From positions 12,075-76,074 of the forward strand of contig JAUCBJ010005165.1 of assembly GCA_032718475.1 (NCBI GenBank): 64,000 nucleotides of DNA, read 5' to 3'. Made by a program: the position numbers and the translations under genes. The notes beneath the pieces are model-generated. The model worked only from the letters and a program-made list of their open reading frames with translations, was not told the origin of the DNA and did no database searches. Below, piece by piece: positions 9,373 to 22,860 of the stretch; within the stretch, counting starts at the first letter, position 1, and every line of letters begins with the position of its first letter. The DNA is from Nemertoderma westbladi. Taxonomy: Eukaryota; Animalia; Xenacoelomorpha.

Positions 9373-12049
9373 CTATGTTACTGCATTGTTTTTTGTAAAG
9401 ATTATATATATTTACACCATTAAAGTGGTTAGTTACCCATTAGGTAAGTTAGTTTCAGTTAAATTGTTATAACAACTCATCAGCAGCAATATGGACGCAC
9501 TAATTTCAGTTCCCAACTTATCCGAAAACGCAGTTTTAATTGTGCTAAATACCTGCTGCTCTTGTGGCATATGCTTTGTCAATCTGAGGCCATTGATAGC
9601 ATAGCCCTTCCTAACTAGCTGAACCTTTTTTGTTGTCATGGGCATGGCGATCCATCTGATTACTGAGTAATGGATAGAAACAGTATATCAACCAGGTAAT
9701 AAAGGAATGAAGTCATATCGATGCTGGTAGGTTTAGGCCTATGTTTGTTTATTAGGCATACTTTTACTATTAAGAGAACTGGACAAGGTACTGGCCTGAT
9801 GATATTCAATTCATCTGGCAAGTTTCTGTCTTGTGAGTTCATTAGGCCACTGATACTGTGATGTACTGCACTACAGCACTATGCACTCTGCCTACTGGTC
9901 TAGCCTATGCACTAGACAGACTTAAATTGGTACTGTGTACTGTTCTGGTAGGCCTTGGTAGTGGTAATTTCAGCAGTACTTCTGTCTAACTTTCAACTTT
10001 AGGAAGCCTACCACTGAATTTCTCACTATCTATGTTAAAAATTCCGGTTAAACAATCTGCTTACAAGAAGGGCAGAAGCTGTTTACTATATGTTTTAACT
10101 AAGGACTACTGAAGCAAGGACTGGCACTGTAGTGGCACACGGTAAATCCAGACTTCGCTAGCGAAGGCCATGATGTTTATGTTACCGGTACTAAGGTTGA
10201 AGGATAAACATACACATTTTGTGATGGAATCCCCGAGTTGGCGAGGGAATCCCGACCTGTGTGTATGCGTTTCGGGTCATACGCGTCGCCGCGTTTGCTT
10301 GGTTGCTGAAAGGCTTTGAGTTCTGAAAGGCCGAAGGCCGGATAAATAACTGAGTTTATATGTTATAGCTGCAGTCTTTGATAACATCAGAATGTCAGTA
10401 AATAGCACAATCACATAATGGTAGCACAGTCAGCGACGACGGTCAAAAACCGTGTTGCTTCTACACTCGGTACAAACCAACTGAAAGACACAATTAATAT
10501 TGTAACAGTTATATATTACATGGGACACATTACTACCGAGAGAAAGCCGCCCCTATATTAGATTATTACAACAACATATCCATTGGGTAAGAAAGTGGAG
10601 GAGAGCCAGCCCGTCTCTTAATTTTTTACTTTATATTACGCGATCAATTTTCACTCATCTCGTCATGAACCCAACATGTATGTAACCTTTTGTTAAATTT
10701 GTTGGCTATGCGTTTGCGGTTGTTTGGGCGGAGTGTGGTAGGCCTACACTTTTCACACTTAAATATTTTGGTTGTGAAATGTTACAGGGCATAGCTATCT
10801 GAGATATTTCATTTATATTTTATTATGAGAGGAAGAAGAACATACAAGGTTATTTACTATATATGTAACAAAATAATTGTTTTCGGGTTTAACTTGGAAG
10901 GCTCCCCAAATAGTTGATATACAATTATAGGCCTATTTAAAATTATTTCCATGGTCATGGTCATTCACCCGTCTTTAGTTAGAAATTTGTTTGCATGAAA
11001 GACAGTTTAGTTTAGTTTTTACTGATTTATTATCTCTTATCTGACTGGGGTAATAATAAAGGATAGGATAAATGGAAGCAAAGTGTGACAGTAACAAATA
11101 TTTCCCCGTCACCCTAGCATGTCTTAAGTATATGATATATCAAAGGGGGAAGTTTGGATTCACTGCATAAATGCAGTTCACCAAACTTCCCCCGAATGCA
11201 CACTGTAACTTCCCCCTTCCCACAAATATCCACTGTTGAATTAATTTGAAGCGATATAATAAGTACAAAATTGTGCGAGTTTTTAATTGTGTGGTCCAAT
11301 TGTTATTTGATTTCTATTTATTATTTAAAGTGCATTTAATATCACACTGGTTTTTAGAATATTATACTATACAACCTTATGTTTTATTAATTTACCCAAT
11401 CGAAGCCTCATAAGGGCCGGTTATTTGTACGCATATCCCCTAATGCGCTCAGTAAGGTTCAAACAATATATTAATATGAAAATAAAGTATCTGCAAAGAA
11501 AATAACCTAATACTATATAATTTGACCTTATTAAAAAATTTGCACTTTTGCACACTTATTTGTACAAATGCACTTTAGCAGATCGTAATGGTGGCTCTTA
11601 TTTAACAAACTTATGTTTATCCTCTACCGATCTACGATGGTGTATGATCAAGTGTCAGTCGCTAAAAGTGTCAAAAATCCAATTTAATAAATCTGGATTT
11701 GCGATTTTGGACCGTATTCATGGACATTTTTAAGTCACTTTATAGACATAAAAAGTTAAACAAATGTTACGATTATAGTTAGAAACCATTCCAAACTACA
11801 TTTTAATCCAAAAAATAATATTCTACGATGAATAGAACTGGAAATAACAGTGTTTGAAATATCGAAAAAATGTGCACTATTTAAGTGTACTTTGCACTAA
11901 GTGCACATAAGTCTTTTCCCAAGTTATATCCTATTTCACACACTACAATCTATCCTATATCCAATGAAAAAAGTTTCAGATTAAACGGCCCTGTAGAACC
12001 GAAGTTATTTATGTTTAAAAATAGTCACTCGACAATTTCAAATTCTCTT

Positions 12050-12122
12050 GGTCACATAGTCTCGTGGTTATCAATCACGTTAATGAAACCTAAGTTCGCG
12101 GGTTCGAAATCCAATATTGACC
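12050..12122 (+). pseudogene. Degenerate tRNA-like sequence
   Basis: 73 bp with GGTCA...TGACC ends, A-box-like TAGTCTCGTGG and B box GGTTCGAAATCC; D and anticodon stems pair poorly. Confidence 0.35.
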
Positions 12123-14654
12123 TGACCATTCTTAATTTTTTTGCAAAAAAAATTATTTTTATTTTTTCACTAAAATCGCTTTAACTTCGGTTCTGGTGGT
12201 CCAAATTCAATAAAATTGGTATATTCTTTGCCGTAATTTTTTTCTTAATCTTTTGAGAAGGGGTTATTTTTGGCCCCAAAAAAATTAAAAAAAGGGCCAA
12301 AATAACGATATTTTTCGACCCTTAAAATTCGTAATTTTAATTATATATGTTAAGATAAAAGATAGCGGAGTTAATTTGATACTTTTTACAGGTACTTTTG
12401 GCGCAATACGAAAAATTATAATGGAATAGCGATTTGTTAAAAAAAAAAATTTTTCGTCCCTTTTTATAAATATTATATTTCACACGATCGCCTGCCGCTC
12501 CAGTTTTATAATACCTCCGGCGCTGTGATTAACGCTGTTAGATAGATAATTTAACGCACTATAAGTCTGTGTAAACAAATCTCCCGTAAGTTAAGTAGTT
12601 TTCGAGCTAGACGATTTCCCGCGAAGCAAGTTTGAAGCGCGAAATTATAATTTTGGCCCTCATTTTTTAAATATTATCCTTGGAGCAAATCCGATAGCAT
12701 ATTTGAATTCCCCGTATGGATATTGACTGTATAGAATGTTAAAGTTAAAAATAAAAAATTATTCGATAAAAACTACTTTACAAATTCTGGCCCTTTTTGG
12801 CCCCTATTGCCGACATATTTTTTGTACCCCCATTCGATAGGAACGTAGCCCCAATGGTCTTCTACGAGTTTCATAAAAGAATTAGTGGATTCCTACCCGC
12901 GTTGTCGAATTAAACATTTCGGAAATAAGTTTTCCAAAAAAGACGGACAAAAACGTACAAATTTACAGCCCTTTTTTCCACCCGAAATTTTAATAAATAT
13001 CTTACCCCCATTCGATACGAAGGTAGTACCACTCTTCCCCTTTCCAACCGCGTTACTTTCGTCCCCGTACGATTAATATTAGCCGAGTTATAGCGGATCC
13101 CGCAAAGTCATTTTGTCAGTTTTTTCAACTTTGACGGACATTTTCGGAAAAAAGGCGTGGTAATCTTTTTTGAAAAAAAAAACGAATTCACTAATTAATC
13201 CCTTCTATCGTATCCCGGCGTCGGCTAAGCAATAACCTAGGGATTTTTCGAGCCACTGTAGAGCGCCTTTCAAAAAAATTTTAAAATTGTCGAAAAAATG
13301 ACGGATTTTTGTCCGTCGTGTCCGTCGAAGGGTTAGATTTAATAATGTTAGAGTTGCTAATATCTTAGAATTCCGAGCCGCTCCCCTGGTGAGAAAATAA
13401 AAAAATTTGGTCTGTTCCTTCATCGAAAAGTCCCCCAGAATCCCAAGTTAACCTATATAGTTAGCGATGGCCTGCGGCTTTAGGAGCGGCCGCGGTATTC
13501 ACCTCCCTCATAGCGGCCGCGGCGGTGTTGCGTCAAATGGAGAAATATTTATCCCACCTAGGTTTGGCTAACCAGTGGATGCGCTGTAATTGGACACATG
13601 CTGTCCCTCCATTGGTCGATCTATCCCCTTAGCCAAATGGCCAACCCCACCTTTTCCCTGGCACTATGCTAGCTTCTACCCTGAGATGACCTGTGCGCTG
13701 GCATCTCTCCTTGTGGCTGGCAATGTATATTGCCTTCGTTGGTTGTTAGGTGACATTATATTGGTAATGTCACCTAGCCAACTGTAATTGGTAAAAATCC
13801 ACTTTCCCCATTTTCCGCTGGGTGGTGCAGCGAATTGGATCCGCTTACACATTTCTGGGGTAAAAATTATGTAAAATATATGTCAAGTATTAGTTTTTCA
13901 ATTACCTGTTGCTTTCATGTAATGCTTTCTATATTAGACCCCTATAACGTTTCTTAATAATGTAGAGTAGGCCTACCAGTAGCTGTATGTACTGGTAGAT
14001 CTGTAGATTGGTATAGGCCTAGTTCAGGTAATCCTCTGAAGCGGCGTAACACAAGCAAGTACCAACGGCATTTCGCCACACAACCGTCAGACCGTAGGCT
14101 AACTATTAATTTGATATGATTATTAGTAACTTAGTAACTAATATTCATCATTGATTACCTTGCTAGCTGGAATCCGTCAAGGCATTCTGTTTTCATTTCA
14201 ATTTTCATTCAATTAATTTATTAATTAAAATATTGGCTTTTCTTTACTATGCTACTTACTCTTGGCCAATAAGAGAAAATCTCTACTTACTTTCAGCCAA
14301 TATGAAAAAATCGCTACTTACTCTTAGCGAAAATTGCTACTTACTTTTAACTAATAAGAAAATAGTCACTACTTACTCATAATCGAGACTTACTCTGCAT
14401 CAAGTAGTTAGTTGTCGTGGAAAGGCGCTAACAGCCTTCCATATTAAATTACTTTATGGAATACGAATTACAACCTACAATCTTCAAAGAGATTGATTGA
14501 GTGAAATACATTATCTGGGTATAATACTATATATACTGGGTATAAATACTGTAGTTTCATAAACCAAAATAGATGAAAACAGCTATTCTTATTTTATTTT
14601 AAAATTATTTTAAATTCTCTGTACTTCTATTTTTTTCAATATTACTTTTTTCAG

Positions 14655-14814
14655 ATACACACAATGTCGATCTGTCAACGTTCTCAGTGATGTCAAGCAC
14701 TCAAGTAAACTTCGACCTTTCTGCCAGTTGAATAGCCAGTACTTTGAGTTGAGTAATGACAATGACCTTGTAGATTCGGATTACTACAATTACATTTCTG
14801 TGGGAGAGTTTTAT
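14655..14814 (+). CDS. Exon 2 (C-half of PAN/apple domain)
   Basis: Acceptor tttttttcag. Reads (R)YTQCRSVNV...PFCQLNSQYFELSNDNDLVDSDYYNYISVGEFY with the PAN motifs CxSxN and CxLN. Donor GTATGT; phase 2 in, phase 0 out, matching neighbours. Confidence 0.85.
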
Positions 14815-14932
14815 GTATGTTTTAATAATACTATATATATATTTAGATATATAGAAATACTAACATGTTAGTTTTTCACTACTATTGTAGAAAAATTATA
14901 ATATTCATTCCAGATGTTCTTTATATTACTAT

Positions 14933-15045
14933 CTGGAGACAGGGTTGAAACTTGACGCAAATCCCATCTCTGCGAATTAATTTCTTGTCATAATGTTAAA
15001 TTATCACTTAAGAGAAAGGAGCAGGTTACAGTGGTACATTATTCA
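14933..15045 (+). repeat. Dispersed repeat; inverted copy at ~27657-27750
   Basis: aaaggagcaggttacagtggtac here versus gtaccactgtaacctgctccttt at 27657, with further similarity on both sides. Confidence 0.6.
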
Positions 15046-15329
15046 AACTAAAACAATACTAGAAAGTAAATAAATAGATCAGGTTACGGTGAGTGAGGGA
15101 GACTTGACTTTATGGGAGACTTGATTTTTTTAATAAGTCAAGAAATATTGTAAATTATTTGACAATACCACACAATAATGTTCAAAATACTTGTAGGCTA
15201 CACCCGCGCATCAATGTTCTATTACGTTTTGGTTATTTTTTGTTTTATTGCCAATAAACGTTTTCTGGGTTCAAAAGTAAATGTTTACCCTTTACAACGA
15301 ATGAAGACTCGAACCCTTATTTTATGTCA

Positions 15330-15560
15330 TGTTTGAGGACCAGCCAGTGCACAATCTTGTGCTTTGTCAGCCTCATGGAGTGAATAAGCATGGTGGACTG
15401 GACTGGACAGCCCATGACTTCTTGAAACACATAATAAAGGACACAGGCCTTGAAGATGAGAATGATCTAGCAAATGTCATTGGTGATAGGGAGTTGTGGC
15501 GGCACAATTTTGTCGACAAGCCGGCACAGCATTCTTAAAAATCCTAGTAGTAGTGATTAT
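15330..15560 (+). mobile_element. 5'-truncated RTE-type LINE 3' fragment with TAG tail
   Basis: LVLCQPHG...IIKDTGLE..LANVIGDRELWR resembles an RTE C-terminus; tagtagtagt at ~15545. Confidence 0.6.
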
Positions 15561-15926
15561 TAATAATTTTAAGTAAATAGTATATATAGATACATGTTAG
15601 TAACGCCTTACATTATAAGTAAATATTATATTAATGGCGTTGTACAACCTAAACTATTTATAATCTTATTATGTACTGTATAAATGCAATACTGTACAGT
15701 AATGTATGTGTAGCGAGCCACGTAAGTCCATGTGAGCCTTTGTTTAGCGGTATAATTAGTGGACACGTCTGTCATCGTGGCTGTCGGGTGTTGGTAGAAA
15801 TATTTAAACAATTTATATAAATTGCTTGCGCTATTGCAAATGCTAATGACATTTGTGGTACTATTGTTTCTGCTAATGATCTGGCTGCTGCTCTGGTAGT
15901 CTATCGTGTATATTTTATTTGTTTAG

Positions 15927-16059
15927 AAAAACGGTGTTGTAAATGACTCGTGTATATGTGATACTCCAAAAGAAAGTAGGGTGGAAACAGAAATAGACCC
16001 TGAGATAGAAACAATCACAGATCCAGAGGCCGAATGTAAAATCACATGGAAAGATCGAT
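15927..16059 (+). CDS. Exon 3 (Cys-containing acidic linker)
   Basis: Acceptor tattttatttgtttag. Reads KNGVVNDSCICDTPKESRVETEIDPEIETITDPEAECKITWKDR. Donor GTAAGT; phase 0 in, phase 1 out, exactly bridging exon 2 to the EGF exons. Confidence 0.8.
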
Positions 16060-17094
16060 GTAAGTTAAAAAGATATGATCTGTACCAAAACTCAAATAAG
16101 AAAAATCGGATACCTAGGGGGTTAAAGAAGATAATGATAATCATGATAAGAAATAAGATATAAATAATAATAAACTTTACTTGTAATTAATGGTAAATAC
16201 AATGGGCAATGTATAGTATAAATACATGTCCATCGTTCGTGGGGCCTTCGGATGAAGTAAGGTAGTTTATCATATGGGTACCACTATTCCAAACATTGCC
16301 CTCTCTACCTGGAGACAGGAGAAATGCGCGAACTGAGACTCGAGTCATTTGCTAGACTACATTTTCGAAAAACTACATACCAAGTTTGAAATTATTTCAT
16401 TAATTAAGTCTTTAGGCTTCAAACTACTGGATCTTCTATATTTTCTACACACATGTTTATATATGATATGGTCAAGCTCTAGACATAACATTATCCTTTA
16501 TATTTTATCCCCACTTTATCCTTTATTTTATCAGCAAAGAATATGTGTAACAATGCCATTGATAATGACTGCAACATTGTAACTGAAAAGTGCGAAGAAA
16601 TTCAAACATATTTTCGATATAAATGTGTTGGTATGTATTGGAAACATTTATATGTATAATATCTGTATAATAATCTCAAATATCTGTATAATTATATACA
16701 TCAATTTACATATGGGTTGCTCATTTTAAAAATGGTATTATTTGCATTACAAATTTAAGTGATATTTGAGGCGTTTAAGAATAGGTCTATTTGTATTTAC
16801 CATGTCTACTATACGGTGCGGTGTGGGGGAATCAAGTCATCCTTCAATACAGGCCATGCAGCTTATATGTAGGGAAAATTAGCTTAGAAGGCAGAAAGTT
16901 TCTGTATTGCACACTATTACAGTAGTACTAATAGCACAGTGCTGGTTGTTGATGTTAGACTAATTGATTGACAGATTGTATTACTTTAATTAGTTAGTTA
17001 GCTTTAATAAAAACAAGATTTGTTTATATAGTATTACCTAAGACTAATGTTTCATAATCTCGGCTATAGCTGATCGAAATACGACGCCACTCAG

Positions 17095-20000
17095 AACCAA
17101 ACCCCGTAAAGGTTGATCTTGCAGCTCAGTGCATGGGTGGTGGAGAAATGACCCCCACAACCCTCGCACTTCTCGGGGAGACCTGGTGGGGTGAGGCCGT
17201 CCTGGAGGGACAGGTTGTCCCGGAACTCCTCCGGACTGAGGTCGGTGGAGTCAAGGACACTCGGTTGGGCGGTCAGCCAGCCCCCGGTCTTATTGAGAAC
17301 CGCCCGTGTCGCGGTTCGCTGTTGGTCAGCTGGTAGCGCCCCCAATGCTGCCTCCCGCTTCTCCTTGTAGGCAGAGTCCTGAGACACCCGGCTCTCGCAG
17401 AGTACATGTCGCATGGTGGGGTTCCGCAGGCCAATGCCACCATGGCGAGCTGGAAGAAGAACCTGCTCCTCATCAGCCGAACTGAGTAGGCTTCCAAATA
17501 GGGTGGGGATGTATCGCCGGAGGAGCGCAGTCCGGATCGGGGTTACCTCTTCCACGTCTGTGGGGACAACTCGCAGCAGGTAGTCCCACTCTGCCTGTAC
17601 ACAGCGGGACAACCCAGTGTGTGCCATTTGGGGGAACTCCGTAGCGACTTCCGCGAGTTTGTTTATGCTGTCCACCCACCCGGAAACCTTCTCATCAACG
17701 AACTCCTTGAGACCAGGGTGCTCCCCGATGTAGCCACCGAGGAATCGGTGTCCCTTCACTATGTGGACTCCGCTAGCACCAAACATTGCCTCCGCATCAG
17801 CCTCCCACCCCGGCTTGACGATGAGATAGCTCTTCGTCGGCTCGGGGATGTATCCGATGCTGGGGCCCACCTGGAGGAGCTCTGACCACCATTCCCAAAT
17901 CCCAGACAAACTGCCCACCGAGGAGGCATCATCGGCGTACCAGTATTGGCATTGCGATGGGATGGTGGGTTGTGCTGCCTGGTCGTCGTGGAGTGACAGT
18001 TCAGAGTCTGGTGACGTCGCCGTTGGTTTGGAACCTGACTCGATCGACGGGTGGCAAAGCCGATCCATTGGGTGGCGGCCCAGATTCAGGGGGTGGCGAA
18101 CCGGCAATACTGGGTTGCAAACAGGGCTGGATCCATGACGAACTGGACTCACCACATGGTGACTGTGTCACAATGGGTGGTGCCAAAACCAACTCGCTTA
18201 GTGGTGAACCAAATCCACTACGTGGTGAACCGTATTCGCTGGGCGTTGGTGAACTGAACTCGCTGGGTGGCTGAGAACCCAACGATAACGCAGGTCGGGG
18301 AGAACCGGGTTGGATGGGTTCTTCTGGGGCCGACGGGGATTGCACCTCGCGCAACTTCCGGACCACGGGCAGGGTCCCGCAGCCATATCCCTACATCGCG
18401 AGGGGGTCGCCCTGAGGCCAACCCTCTTGGCTCCACAAGGGGGCGGAGGAACCAGACAGATAAAGGGCGGCGTGCCCATTGTAGGCATTGAAGAGGAACC
18501 TCGAGCACCTATGCCAGTAGACCCGGCAATTCCACAAGGCGACGGGGTGACTCAGGCTGTTGAACGTGTTGCGTGCATCCACCAGCAACATGGCCTGAGT
18601 AGACTCTTCGTCGAACAAGGAGGACATCGCATGGACGGCGCCCTCAATGCCGGCCTTCACCCCGACACAAAGCTGGTCCGCCCCACACTGGAGAACGATG
18701 TCCGATTTCGTTGCCATCACCATACAGTTCGCTAGGAGGCGGTAGAGCACCTCGCCAACTCCGATTGGGTGGACCCTGGGTTCCTTGACTAGTGCTACAA
18801 GACGACATGCGCAAAGTGCCCGGATCTCACCCCATGGCACGATAGAGTTCAACAAACGATGCGCCAAACTAGCGACGGCCTCGCGCAGCTGGGCGCTGTG
18901 GTTGTCGTACCGAGTCAGCAGAGTGTGCCACAGCTCCGCGTCGCCTCCTACCGGACCGGAGCTTCCCTGGAGAGCACGGGCCGCCTTCAGAACATGCTGT
19001 CCGGTAACATCAACGCTCTCTAAAGGAGGGAGGTTTACGCAGAGGTTGAGGACAGAGGGAGAAATCGTCATCTGAGGAGGGTGTTTCTCTTCCAGGGCGT
19101 CCCGGACTGTAAAACCCGGGGGTTTACCCTCGGCTTGGGCGTCGGGGTCCAGTCATGCAGGTCCAGCCCCCGTCGTGCTCCGTCAGCATCCGGACTGCGG
19201 ACCGGTTCATCCCGGCGAGGACCTTCCGGTTGAAGATCCTCGCAGTGTTGGCTGGGGCCGCCCCTCGGGCCGTGGGGAACTTCGAGTTGCAGCGCTCCGC
19301 CTCCGCCAGAAGGGCCTAGAATTCCCCGCACTCCCACGCCCTCAATCGTCTGAGGACAAGCCGCCGGACGTCGGGGCTCTTTGCCACGTCCGGATCTCTC
19401 TGAAAGACCATGGCGACTAGGCACATTGGGCGTTCGGACCGACAATCTCCCGCCGCAAACTTCTCCATTTCTTGGGCGAGGAGGTCAACGACCTTGCGGC
19501 CCACATTGCCTCTGGGAACCACGTACTGGCGGCTGGGTAGTTGAGCTAGTAGGCTATGGCGTCTCTTCCAGGTTGGGTCGGTGGACGAGCCTGGGGAGTT
19601 AAGCCAAACACCCTCAAAAGCGTCTTCTAGAACCTGGGAAACTGATAGGGGGCCGTAGCTGCCGTCACCACAGAAACGGTTGAGTTAGTGGGACTACCTG
19701 GACTACCAGTGGTACTGCTAGAGTGTACTGCCTGCGAACCGGCGGGACGCAGTGTCTGTGTCAGGTAAGGGTAACTCTCATCCCCCACGCTTTGGGAAAG
19801 CGGATCAGGGACCAAGGTGGCGTCCGGGTCGACTAATGCGTTTGTTGTAGTACCGGTAGCTGATTCCGGGTTCTTGCAGCCGCTGGTTGACATGGGCCGG
19901 CAGTTATTGCACGGCCGTGACGCACGAATGCACCCACAGCGGCTGGTAGGGCCACAAGCGGAGACATCGCATTTGCAGCAACGTTGTGAGCTCTACAACA
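17095..20000 (-). mobile_element. CRE-like non-LTR retrotransposon, degraded, 3'-truncated at the zinc knuckle
   Basis: N-terminal Cys cluster (CCKC...CGC...PCNNC). RT motifs RLVALVK, PIGVGEV, LVDARNTFNSL, QGDPLAM, WYADD, FLGGYIG, HGGIGL. C-terminal CEGCG..THALSCK. GC-rich relative to flanks. Confidence 0.85.
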
Positions 20001-20210
20001 TCACAAACTAATATCACAATATCAATATGTTATAATAATATAGCTAGGGCCTAACTCGTTAATCTATCTGGGTTTGGTGTTGGGTCTTGTACTAAACTTA
20101 GTTAAATTAACTGTTTGTCTAATATATATTCTAATATATGTCTAATATATTAATTATATAATCTAATATTTTCGAATTATTCGAGTACTTAATTTTCTAT
20201 CGCATAATAT

Positions 20211-21558
20211 GGTAATGGTGAAAAATATCGAGACTTGAAAAATATCGAGAGTAAAAATAACGAGAGTAAAAATATCGAGAGTAAAAATAACGAGTGTTGA
20301 AAATTAACGTGATTAAAAAATATCGAGAGTAAAAATATCGAGTGTTGAAAAATATCGAGAGTAAAAATAACGAGTGTTGAAAAATATCGAGAGTAAAAAT
20401 ATCGAGTGTTGGAAAATATCGAGAGTAAAAATATCGAGTGTTGAAAAAAATCGAGTGTTGAAAAATATCGAGTGTTGAAAAATATCGAGTGTTGAAAAAT
20501 ATCGAAAGTAAAAATATCGAGTGTTGAAAAATATCGAAAGTAAAAATATCGAGTGTTGAAAATTATCGAGTGTTGAAAAATATCAAAAGTAAAAATATCG
20601 AGTGTTGAAAAATATCGAGAGTAAAAATATAGAGTGTTGAAAAATATCGAGTGTTGAAAAATATCGACTGTTGAAAAATATCGAGTGTTGAAAAATATCG
20701 AGTGTTGAAAAATATCGAGTGTTGAAAAATATTGAGAGTAAAAATATCGAGTGTTGAAAAATATCGAGAGTAAAAATATCGAGTGTTGAAAAGTAACGAG
20801 TGTTGAAAAATATCGAGAGTAAAAATATTGCATTTTACTTGAGCATTTTATTTAGAATTATGGAACAATATTGCAGTGCATGGGTTTCAACAGTGCAAGT
20901 GAATGACATTATGTAATACACCTTGGGTACCCATTTACCAGAATTATTATACTAGCTAGTTTTTGCTATTTTTTTAATAAATATAATAAAAGACGTGCTA
21001 GCTATAAATTTTGATAAATATTATAAATATTGTTAAATATTATATTAGAACACGTACTATAAAGCTACCAAATGTTGATAAATATTGTTGTTCTAGAACA
21101 TTTTTAGTAAAAAAAATTATCATACAACCCTTATTTAAAAAAATTGTTACTATCGATATTTTTCTCTCGATATTTTTCAACATTCTATATTTTTCAACAC
21201 TCGATATTTTTACTCTCGATATTTTTCAACACTCGATATTTTTCAACACTCGATATTTTTCAACACTCGATATTTTTACTCTCGATATTTTTCAACACTC
21301 GATATTTTTACTCTCGATATTTTTACTCTCGATATTTTTCAACACTCGATATTTTTACTCTCGATATTTTTCAACACTCGATATTTTTTACTCTCAATAT
21401 TTTTCAACACTCGATATTTTTACTCTCGATATTTTTCAACACTCGATATTTTTACTCTCGATATTTTTCAACACTCGATATTTTTACTCTCGATATTTTT
21501 CAACACTCGGTATTTTACTCTCGATATTTTTCATGTCTCGATATTTTTCAATATAACC
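20211..21558. mobile_element. Foldback element with long minisatellite-built inverted arms
   Basis: Left arm 20211-20830 is made of aaaaatatcgagtgttg / aaaaatatcgagagt units; right arm ~21150-21558 is the reverse complement. Flanks are cataatat (20203-20210) and cataatac (21559-21566), a TSD with 1 mismatch. Confidence 0.85.
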
Positions 21559-22152
21559 CATAATACTGTATTTGTTAATTTTGTTTACATTTGTCTTTAT
21601 TTTAATTTAGGTTATTTTCTGTAATCATTATAATAATTAATTTGTACCTAGTTGTTTTTTGTCTGAAGATGTATATTATTATAACGAAACGTACCGGATC
21701 TAAATAATTATGTTTTTTTCAAATCGCACTACTTGTTCTTTTCTGTTTCAAATCACCACTGGGATTTTTCGACCATTAGCAGCACTACTGGCGGGGGGCC
21801 GATCCCCCCCCCCCCCCCCCCCCCCATTGTATTTTAGTAATCGTCCAATGAAATCTTGACAATGATTTTGACAATTGACAAATGATTTTAGGCCGAATTC
21901 AGCCACTGTTGGGCTGGGCTGTCCAGTGTCCAGGCTTGTATAAAAGCACATGTTATTTGTTAAGAGTTAGAGGGTTGAACTTCAAAGCTCCCTCCTGGCT
22001 TATTAGGAATTTTTTTTATATATCTTGAAATCTAATAATGATATGAAAATTGTATTTTTACCATATTAAAAATAAGCACGCAGAATTATACTACATTATG
22101 TGCTTTATGTCCAGTTAACTGCGGCATTACTAAATGAATTTGTATCATATAG

Positions 22153-22284
22153 ATAGAGATGAATGTGCCGAAGAAGTGGATAATTGTGATGAAGTTTCAA
22201 CATCTTGTTCAAACAGAGAAGATGGATATGATTGTAACTGTAAAACTGGTTTTCTCGCAACAAACCAACCAAATCAATGCGAAG
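22153..22284 (+). CDS. Exon 4, cbEGF 1
   Basis: (Y)RDECAEEVDNCDEVSTSCSNREDGYDCNCKTGFLATNQPNQCE; AG/GT borders, phase 1-1, 132 nt. Confidence 0.9.
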
Positions 22285-22499
22285 GTTATTACTTTTACAT
22301 TATTCCATTATAAATATAATATATAACTTTATTTTCAAGTCCGTGTGAAATACGCTGTGAAATAAAGTGAACTCGATGTTGGGCTATGGGGTGCTATATA
22401 ATATAACAGCGTGATATAAAGTAACAGTAGGTATTCTTTCTTTATGATTGTACCGTATGCTACGGTCACACCAAGGCCATCTAAACAACCTAAGCTATC

Positions 22500-22860
22500 T
22501 AAACAATCTAAGTGTGTAGGTTTCTGTATGTATGTGTATGATGTCGTCTCTGTGGAGAAACATATATAGGAGAAACCTACACACAAATTCGCGCACGCAT
22601 GTCCAGACACCGCAATGCAGTTAGGAATATTGATGGCAAAACTACATCCGCAATGAAAGATCACTATCGCAAATTTCACGCAGACCTCCCACTTAATAGT
22701 AGAGACAATCAATTCACCATAGAACTCAAAGATAAAACTGTAAAGACTGGGTAGACAGGAAATTACGAGAAAAATCACATATAAGAGAAAGACGACCTGC
22801 TATTAATACACAGTATGCTGGCACGTTTGAAACCAGCTGGTGAGTAATCTTACGAACCTA
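22500..22860 (+). mobile_element. Penelope-like element fragment, GIY-YIG endonuclease
   Basis: From ~22542 reads CRLCGETYIGETYTQIRARMSRHRNAV...SAMKDHY...EKNHI*EKRPAINTQ. Confidence 0.75.

Noticed and set aside
9433-9860. Minus-strand coding-like fragment (KKVQLVRKGYAING...)
   Set aside because: Short, disrupted, with no motif I can assign.
13465-13530. GC-rich patch with two GCGGCCGC sites, considered as an HDV-like ribozyme
   Set aside because: Could not build the nested double pseudoknot; better explained as short direct repeats at an element junction.
20189-21563. Long ORFs (214, 181, 139 aa) of FQHSIF/STLDIF repeats
   Set aside because: Translations of the foldback minisatellite, which lacks stops on one strand.
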